A stretch of DNA of 32,000 nt from Planctopirus limnophila DSM 3776 (lineage in GTDB: Bacteria > Planctomycetota > Planctomycetia > Planctomycetales > Planctomycetaceae): the NCBI RefSeq assembly GCF_000092105.1, contig NC_014148.1, positions 5,220,001 through 5,252,000 on the forward strand, given 5' to 3'. Positions within the stretch are counted from its first letter, which is position 1. Each line of letters starts with the position of its first letter. Shown here in pieces: positions 26,140 through 32,000 of the stretch. The notes under the pieces are model-generated. The model saw only the letters and a program-made list of their open reading frames with translations. It made no database searches and was not told the DNA's origin. A program made the position numbers and the translations under genes.

Positions 26140-26604
26140 TTAGCTGCGCCGATTTTCACCACGAAGTATGGGCTGCAACTCTTCGACAAAGTCGTTGACA
26201 TCTTTGAATTCGCGATAGACGGAAGCAAAGCGGACGAAGGCGACATGATCGAGTGTTCGCAATTGCTCCATGACTCGCTCGCCGATCTCTCGAGAGGGAA
26301 CTTCCCGATCGAAGTTTTCGTAAAGTTCCCGTTCGATGGCTGAGATAATCTCCTCGATGCGCTCCGGGGAGATCGGTCGTTTGTAGCAGGCTTTTTCGAG
26401 GCCTTGTGCGATTTTATCTCGATCAAAAGGGACCCGGCTGCCATCTTTCTTGATGACGCGAATGGGGGATTCCTCGATTTTTTCATAGGTGGTAAAGCGG
26501 CGGGCACACGCCAGACATTCCCGCCGACGGCGAATCACGAAATCCTGACTTGTCCGCGAATCGATGACCTTGGTTTCGCCGTGGCGGCAGTATGGACACA
26601 TCAT
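26140..26604 (-). CDS. nrdR: Transcriptional repressor NrdR (zinc ribbon plus ATP-cone)
   Basis: [43 protein letters not shown] (CxxC...CxxC zinc ribbon), then [30 protein letters not shown]...[47 protein letters not shown] (ATP-cone). Confidence 0.94.
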   Translation of the reverse strand: MMCPYCRHGETKVIDSRTSQDFVIRRRRECLACARRFTTYEKIEESPIRVIKKDGSRVPFDRDKIAQGLEKACYKRPISPERIEEIISAIERELYENFDREVPSREIGERVMEQLRTLDHVAFVRFASVYREFKDVNDFVEELQPILRGENRRS

Positions 26605-26785
26605 GATGAGTGGTTTGCATCCCTGAAGATCGCGGACAGCCTGGTGACTGCAATCGCGAGATGTTCGAAATTTCTTTCAGGAGCTCATGCCGGAAATTCT
26701 TGCCAGTCTGAGAGACTGTAAAAACTTAGGATTAAACTCCTTCAGCCACGTTGTTTGATGGGTCTACAACCGTACCTCTTTCCCT

Positions 26786-26809
26786 GAACAGTGAGGGTAA
26801 CGTCTCGTC
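26786..26809 (+). promoter_or_regulatory. Candidate ECF-type promoter (GAAC-N16-CGTC) upstream of the ECF sigma gene
   Basis: tGAACa at 26785-26790 and CGTC at 26806-26809, with a 16-nt spacer. A second CGTC lies at 26801. This matches the generic autoregulated ECF promoter shape, but it lies about 180 nt upstream of the GTG start and is a short motif. Confidence 0.25.
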
Positions 26810-26986
26810 TGGCTGTATTCCAGTAGCTTTCCGGTCAAGGGTTTAAGTCGAATGACCCCATTCATAAAAAACCCGGGGGAAAGAAATTCCCCAGAAAATT
26901 CATTCCTAATGGAAACGACAGAAAATAACTGTAAACACTGGCGCATCTCCTTGTGAGGAGTGTGCGTTCAACAGGCTCCGTGATCC

Positions 26987-27604
26987 GTGAGTGATGCAAC
27001 CCGCCGTCAAGTTCCGAAACTCAACGAAGAGCAGTTCGCAAGCTGGCACCACCAGTTTGGGAGTGATCTGAGAGTGTTTCTATGCGGGGTTCTCAAGGAT
27101 CCCGAAGCCGCTGAAGAGGCACTTCAGAGAACCTGGGTGAAGTTGTGGGAGAGTGGTGCTGCTGTCGAACCTGAAAAGATTCGCAGTTGGCTGTTTCAAG
27201 TGGGCTTCCGGGAAGCGCTGCAGTTACGCCGATCTCAGCAATTGCAGACACGCAAGCTCTCGGAGTGGTGTTCCTGGAAGAAGACTCAGGGTGTTTTCAC
27301 CAGTGAGGGGGCTTCGGAAGGATTGTCAAGACGAATATCTTCCAATGTCGAATTTGTGGATCTGCCTGCTGCGGAAGAGTCGTTGGTCCGAGGCGAAGAA
27401 TACGAGGCTTTGCGAAAAGCGATTGATGATCTTTCTCTCGAACAGAAAATCGTGCTTCAAAAACGATTGGAAGGCGAACAGACGTTTCAGCAGATTGCCA
27501 ATGAGTTGCAAGTCCCCTTGGGAACTGTTTTGACACGCATGCGGCTGGCACTGGCGAGGCTCAAGAAAAGCCTCGGTGAATCAAAGTCAAAGGAATCGAG
27601 ATAA
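26987..27604 (+). CDS. ECF-type RNA polymerase sigma factor (sigma-70 regions 2 and 4)
   Basis: GTG start. Region 2 reads PEAAEEALQRTWVKLWE...IRSWLFQVGFREALQLRR. Region 4 reads LSLEQKIVLQKRLEGEQTFQQIANELQVPLGTVLTRMRLALARLKKSL. Confidence 0.86.
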   Translation: MSDATRRQVPKLNEEQFASWHHQFGSDLRVFLCGVLKDPEAAEEALQRTWVKLWESGAAVEPEKIRSWLFQVGFREALQLRRSQQLQTRKLSEWCSWKKTQGVFTSEGASEGLSRRISSNVEFVDLPAAEESLVRGEEYEALRKAIDDLSLEQKIVLQKRLEGEQTFQQIANELQVPLGTVLTRMRLALARLKKSLGESKSKESR

Positions 27605-27667
27605 AAGGCGTTCATCGAACGCCACAGGATTGGGATCAAGTTTTGACTCCGTGCGAGTTCATGAATT

Positions 27668-28420
27668 ATGGCTGCTGAACACGAACATCCATCCATGACA
27701 GAAAATGCCATGACTGATCTCGATTGGCTGGCCACTCGCTACGTGCTGGGTGAATTGTCTGCCGACGAGGCGTTCGCATTTGAAGAGAGACTGCAGGTGG
27801 ATCTGTGGGCTTGCGAGGCGGTCGTGCAAGCGACTCGTCTTCTCACAGATGTCGCTGTCAACCTGCCTGAGCCTGCCGATGTGCGTGAGCAGGTGATCGT
27901 CGCTCCAGTCGCGGTCACAGCCAAGGTTGCGGTCAGTACGAAGGTCGATGTCGCAGCGAAGACAGTGCGATCCACACCTGCCAATCGTTCGGAACAGCGC
28001 CCTGGCTGGTGGGTTATCAGTCTGATGACGGCGGCTCTTGTGCTTCTGGCAGTGGGACTACAGTTTGAATGGAACCCCTGGGGTGACCAGCGCGTGGCCC
28101 TCGAGAATTCATCAGGAACCAGTGATTCCGGTCGTTTAAGAGGCGAAGAAGCCCGTCTGGCTGCGAACCTGCTGGGAGGCTGGCGAACAATTGATGTCGA
28201 CATGACCGAGACCGGGTTGACGATGATTCACCGCGAAACGGGGAATGATCGCGAGACGAACCGCGATCACGAAGAAGCTGCTGAAAGCATTGACGAAAAT
28301 TCGATTCCCGACTGGATGATTGCCGCACTTCTGGCTGATCCATCGGAGGGCGAAACAAATGCGAGGCCAGCGACTGCACCCCATAACGTCGCTCCTGCTC
28401 CTGGTCAGATGATTCAATGA
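27668..28420 (+). CDS. Putative anti-sigma factor (single-pass membrane protein)
   Basis: Lies immediately downstream of the ECF sigma gene. The N-terminal LDWLATRYVLGELSADEAFAFEERLQVDLWACEAVVQATRL resembles the anti-sigma N-terminal helical domain. A central TM helix (WWVISLMTAALVLLAVGLQF) is followed by an acidic extracytoplasmic tail. Confidence 0.55.
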   Translation: MAAEHEHPSMTENAMTDLDWLATRYVLGELSADEAFAFEERLQVDLWACEAVVQATRLLTDVAVNLPEPADVREQVIVAPVAVTAKVAVSTKVDVAAKTVRSTPANRSEQRPGWWVISLMTAALVLLAVGLQFEWNPWGDQRVALENSSGTSDSGRLRGEEARLAANLLGGWRTIDVDMTETGLTMIHRETGNDRETNRDHEEAAESIDENSIPDWMIAALLADPSEGETNARPATAPHNVAPAPGQMIQ

Positions 28421-28483
28421 TTTAGCGGATCTTCAAGCGGTTGGTGCTGTTCAAGGATGGATGAAAGCTGGGGATCCTGAAGG

Positions 28484-29386
28484 TTGGGGATGATGGAAAC
28501 GACAGGTCAGACAATGCAGCCGCCGCTTTCACACGAGCATTCTCGATGGGGCACTCCAGTTCGTGTGCGATCGATGCTGCTGTTGTGGACTGTCCTGTGT
28601 TGGCCGCTGGCAGGCGGAATGATTCGGGCTCAGGAAAGCTCGGTTTCAAAAGCTGAGACGAATACCGATAGCACAAAACTCAGCGATCAATCCTGTGCGA
28701 AATCGAGCGGTAAGACCCAGGCAAACAGCACTCGCGCAAGCTCCTCAGCAAGTTCTCCAAGGGAGCAGAGCCCGACACCTGTGCAGATTCAGCGAGCCAA
28801 AGAGTTTGCAGCCACTCATCATCCAGAACTGGGTGAACTGCTGGGCCGACTGGAAAGCTATGACGAACCTTCGTTTGTCGAGGCCATTCAGGAATTGCTG
28901 CGAACGATGGATCGCCTGGAAAAGCTGAGTGAAAAGAATACCGAGCGTGGTCGAGTTGAGTTGGAGGACTGGAAACTGACATCACGAATCCGGCTGCTGG
29001 CTGCCCGACTGGCCATGGCTGATGCTCTTCCTGTCGAGAACCCGGAAGCGTCTTCCAGTGCGATCAAACAGGAAATTCGTAAACTACTGATCGAACGAGC
29101 CGAACTTCGGAAGTCGTCACTCACTGCTGAACGTCAGCGATTGCAGGATCGCCTCGAGAAGGTGAATCGGCAATTGAGTGAACTTTCCGAACGCGAGCGC
29201 CAGAACATTGAACGCGAACTGGATCGACTCGAAGCCAATGCTTCCCAGGCGAAGACACGCCAAAAGGCCGCACAAAAAGAGAAGTCTTCACAGAATACCA
29301 GGCAGCGTTCTTCATCGAATGCTCCTCAGTCCGATTCAACCGTCAAGCCTGCTGAAAAGCCGGCCAAGAACAACCAGAAACCATAA
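28484..29386 (+). CDS. Secreted coiled-coil protein of unknown function, third gene of the ECF module
   Basis: Signal-like segment RVRSMLLLWTVLCWPLAGGMIRAQE. Long heptad-like E/R/L/K-rich helices follow (LIERAELRKSSLTAERQRLQDRLEKVNRQLSELSERERQNIERELDRLEANASQAK), then a K/Q/S-rich tail. The start codon is uncertain. Confidence 0.55.
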   Translation: MGMMETTGQTMQPPLSHEHSRWGTPVRVRSMLLLWTVLCWPLAGGMIRAQESSVSKAETNTDSTKLSDQSCAKSSGKTQANSTRASSSASSPREQSPTPVQIQRAKEFAATHHPELGELLGRLESYDEPSFVEAIQELLRTMDRLEKLSEKNTERGRVELEDWKLTSRIRLLAARLAMADALPVENPEASSSAIKQEIRKLLIERAELRKSSLTAERQRLQDRLEKVNRQLSELSERERQNIERELDRLEANASQAKTRQKAAQKEKSSQNTRQRSSSNAPQSDSTVKPAEKPAKNNQKP

Positions 29387-29477
29387 CGACCGGCTCTGAA
29401 TGTCTGTCGTCATTCCCATACTTCTCCTGAGAACACCTGCACTGTTTGCCATAGAGTGCTGTAAGGATCGAACCACT

Positions 29478-32000
29478 ATGCAAGAGCTTGCTAATTTTCA
29501 TGATCCGGCTGTCCTGGAACATCGCCGCTGGCCTGCCTTAGGTCATCGCTGCTGTTATTGGGTCTGCCTGGCGATCACCGGTTGGTTGGGACTGTGTCAA
29601 CCGGGCTTATCTCAGCTTCCCCAGGTCTGGGCGGCAGAGGCAAAGCCTGCAGATAACAGCAAGCCTGCTGCACAGATTCTGCCTGCTGAGGAACTGAAGT
29701 CATCAGCAGTCGTCGAATCGGCAGTCATCCCCGGGATCAATGAGCGATATGACCTGAAGGTCAAGAATGTGGATGGGCCCGATTTCCGCAAGCATGTGGT
29801 GCCACTGCTGGGCAAACTCGGCTGTAACGGACGTGCCTGCCATGGATCGTTCCAGGGTCAGGGAGGCTTCCGCCTGTCGCTGTTTGGTTACGACTTCAAG
29901 GCCGACCATGAGAATCTCGTGCTGGGTGATAAGCCTCGCGTGAATCTGATGGATCGCTCGAAGAGCCTGATCCTCATGAAGCCCACCGAACAGGTTCCTC
30001 ATGAAGGGGGCGAGGCTCTCAAGCAGGGGACATGGGAATATCGAGTTCTCGATAAATGGATTTCTCAAGGAGCCAAGCCTGTCACCGATAAGACACCGGA
30101 ATTTGTAAGACTGGATGTGTTGCCGGATGGGAAAAACCCGGCAGCAGGCGAACGTCCTGAGATGGTGGGCTCGAAGGTGGGCCAGTCGTGGAAGCTCAAG
30201 TGCATCGCTGTCTGGTCGGATGGAACCCGCGAAGATGTAACACCTTTGTCCCGCTTCCAGTCGAATAATGATCAGATCGCCAAAGTGACCCAGGAAGGCA
30301 TGGTGACGATCACCGGCCCCGGAGATTCACATGTCGTCGCGTTCTATGACAATGGCGTGGTGCCTGTCCCTGTGATTCTGCCTGTGTCGAACTTCACAGG
30401 TGATCAATATCCTTCCACTCCCACACCGACTCGTATTGATGAACTGGTTGTGCAGAAGCTCAAGAAGGTGGGCGTCGTGCAGTCGGATCTGTGTGGCGAT
30501 GAAGAGTTCCTCCGCCGGGTTTCGCTGGATATCACGGGAACTTTGCCGACACCTGAGGAAGTCGAGACGTTTGTGCGTTCGAAGGATGTCGCCAAGCGTT
30601 CGAAAAAGATTGATGAATTGTTGGAGCGACCAGCTTATGCCGCCTGGCAGGCGACCAAGATTTGCGACTACACCGGGAACAATCCCGAGTATTTGCAGAA
30701 CGCGGTGGTGGGGAACAATTCTGCTCAGGCTGCTCGCGACTGGTATGAGTGGATTCATGACCGAGTTCAAAGAAACGTCCCTTATGATGAATTGGCCGAG
30801 AACATCATTCTGGCGACGAGTCGCCGGGAGGGGGAAAGCTACGAACAGTATTGCGAACGTGTGAGTGGCTACTATGCGAAGGACAGCAAAGGGAGTTTTG
30901 CTGAACAGCCTGCGATGACGCATTACTGGGCGAGGAGAAACTTCCGCACGGTCGAAGAGCGGGCTCTCGGATTTGCCTACACGTTCCTGGGCATTCGAGT
31001 GCAATGTGCCCAGTGTCATAAGCATCCTTTCGATCAATGGACAAAGGACGATTTCGATCGTTTCAAGAACTTTTTTGCCCGCATTCGTTACGGCGATATC
31101 CCGGGTAACAAAGACGAAAAAGCCGCCATGCTGGCCAAGCTGGGTGTGGACAAGGACCTCAAGGGGAACATGCTGGATCGGGCTCTGAAGGACTATCTCG
31201 CTTCGGGCAAAGTGGTGCCGGTTCAGGAAGTCTTTGTGACTCCTCCAGTCAAGCCAAGACCAGTCAATCCCAAGGCCAAGCCCAATGCGAAAAGACCGCA
31301 GGTTGTGGCTGGCCGAACAGCCAAGGTGCTGGGTGGCGATGAGATTGTCATCGAAGAACTTGATGATCCGCGAACAGCACTCATGGATTGGTTGCGTGCC
31401 GAAGAGAACCCGTACTTTGCCAGAGCTTTTGTGAATCGTGTCTGGGCGGGCTACTTCCATGTGGGGATTGTTGAGCCACCCGATGATTTGAGTCTGGCGA
31501 ATCCTCCTTCGAATGAAGCGTTGCTGGATGAACTGACACGGGAGTTCGTGGCTCATGGCTACGATATGAAGTGGCTGCACAGGACGATTGCCAACAGCCG
31601 CACTTATCAGTTGAGCTGGCAGCCCAATGAAACCAACAAGCTTGACGAGCGGAACTTTGCCCGGGCTGTGCCGCGCCGTCTTCCTGCCGAAGTGGCGTAT
31701 GACATTATCCGTCAGGCGACTGCCAGTGATTTTGAAATGGCCAAGTGGAATGACCAGCTCAATTCCCGGGCGATTGAAGATGTGGGGGCCGGTGCGAAGA
31801 ATGGCCGGGCTCAGGTGTATGCATTGAATATCTTCGGGCGATCGATCCGCGAGAGTAACTGCGATTGCGATCGATCGATGGAGCCAAGTCTGCTGCAGAC
31901 GGTTTATCTGCAGAACGATCAGGAGTTGCTGGCTGCCATTGAGCGCAAGGGTGGCTGGGTCGACCAGATTGTCAAAGTGGGCCCTCATCCTGTGGTGAGT
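29478..32000 (+). CDS. Planctomycete cytochrome-like / DUF1549 / DUF1553 (PSCyt-PSD family) protein, N-terminal 841 codons. The ORF continues past the right edge of the window.
   Basis: Hand translation from the ATG at 29478 gives MQELANFHDPAVLEHRRWPALGHRCCYWVCLAITGWLGL...FRKHVVPLLGKLGCNGRACHGSFQGQGGFRLSLFGYD. An Ig-like segment follows (WKLKCIAVWSDGTREDVTPLSRFQSNNDQIAKVTQEGMVTITGPGDSHVVAFYDN). The DUF1549 part reads RIDELVVQKLKKVGVVQSDLCGDEEFLRRVSLDITGTLPTPEEVETFV...RVQCAQCHKHPFDQWTKDDF. The DUF1553 part reads FARAFVNRVWAGYFHVGIVEPPDDLSLANPPSNEALLDELTREFVAHGYDMKWLHRTIANSRTYQLS. I checked that 30951 is in frame with 29478. It is absent from the ORF track because no stop codon lies in the window. 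Confidence 0.9.
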   Translation, partial: MQELANFHDPAVLEHRRWPALGHRCCYWVCLAITGWLGLCQPGLSQLPQVWAAEAKPADNSKPAAQILPAEELKSSAVVESAVIPGINERYDLKVKNVDGPDFRKHVVPLLGKLGCNGRACHGSFQGQGGFRLSLFGYDFKADHENLVLGDKPRVNLMDRSKSLILMKPTEQVPHEGGEALKQGTWEYRVLDKWISQGAKPVTDKTPEFVRLDVLPDGKNPAAGERPEMVGSKVGQSWKLKCIAVWSDGTREDVTPLSRFQSNNDQIAKVTQEGMVTITGPGDSHVVAFYDNGVVPVPVILPVSNFTGDQYPSTPTPTRIDELVVQKLKKVGVVQSDLCGDEEFLRRVSLDITGTLPTPEEVETFVRSKDVAKRSKKIDELLERPAYAAWQATKICDYTGNNPEYLQNAVVGNNSAQAARDWYEWIHDRVQRNVPYDELAENIILATSRREGESYEQYCERVSGYYAKDSKGSFAEQPAMTHYWARRNFRTVEERALGFAYTFLGIRVQCAQCHKHPFDQWTKDDFDRFKNFFARIRYGDIPGNKDEKAAMLAKLGVDKDLKGNMLDRALKDYLASGKVVPVQEVFVTPPVKPRPVNPKAKPNAKRPQVVAGRTAKVLGGDEIVIEELDDPRTALMDWLRAEENPYFARAFVNRVWAGYFHVGIVEPPDDLSLANPPSNEALLDELTREFVAHGYDMKWLHRTIANSRTYQLSWQPNETNKLDERNFARAVPRRLPAEVAYDIIRQATASDFEMAKWNDQLNSRAIEDVGAGAKNGRAQVYALNIFGRSIRESNCDCDRSMEPSLLQTVYLQNDQELLAAIERKGGWVDQIVKVGPHPVVS

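Noticed and set aside
26875-26893. Short GGGGAA-agaaa-TTCCCC hairpin in the nrdR / ECF sigma intergenic region
   Set aside because: The stem is only 6 bp, no U-tract follows, and no upstream gene needs a terminator here. It is too weak to call.
30327-31988. 553-aa minus-strand ORF, the second-longest ORF in the supplied track
   Set aside because: It lies entirely antisense to the well-supported DUF1549/DUF1553 gene, whose plus-strand frame is open from 29478 to the window edge and contains several family signatures. The antisense product is R/H/L/I-rich with no recognisable motif. It is a classic shadow ORF.
1-32000. Mobile elements, prophage or defence islands, CRISPR arrays, rRNA or tRNA genes
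   Set aside because: I saw no transposase, integrase or recombinase-like ORF, no terminal inverted repeats flanking a gene block, no regularly spaced repeats, and no tRNA cloverleaf or rRNA-like conserved stretches. The only repeats found are short palindromes and the paralogous DUF1559 5' regions.

Overview
The window looks like a chromosomal segment from a member of the Planctomycetota. The lineage call rests on three prepilin-type H-X9-DG (DUF1559) paralogues, a cytochrome-like DUF1549/DUF1553 (PSCyt/PSD) protein, carboxypeptidase-regulatory-like lipoproteins and weak Shine-Dalgarno usage. I support about 27 protein-coding genes. I found no rRNA, tRNA, CRISPR array, transposase or integrase.

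Gene order, left to right:
- Flagellar type III export operon fliN-fliO-fliP-fliQ-fliR on the minus strand. fliR runs off the left edge and is missing from the ORF track.
- A DUF4269 nucleotidyltransferase-fold gene.
- A 1269-aa polytopic membrane protein fused to a spermidine-synthase-like Rossmann domain, preceded by an XRE-HTH/periplasmic-binding-fold regulator.
- A divergent operon: secreted OB-fold-like protein, DUF1559 protein, large lipoprotein.
- An OmpA-like lipoprotein.
- An unusual purine-rich noncoding gap.
- A seven-gene minus-strand block: Cys-rich membrane protein, DUF4198, two DUF1559, PepSY-TM protein, lipoprotein, CxxC redoxin.
- Housekeeping genes: CNNM/TlyC, a SAM methyltransferase, wrbA, nrdR.
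- An ECF sigma, anti-sigma and secreted coiled-coil module.
- A DUF1549/DUF1553 gene that runs off the right edge. It is also absent from the ORF track, where a 553-aa antisense shadow ORF appears instead.

The best candidate for an undescribed system is the seven-gene block, which I read as a possible envelope metal-acquisition or redox module. That reading is inference from domain families only. All family assignments come from motif recognition by eye, and no searches were run.
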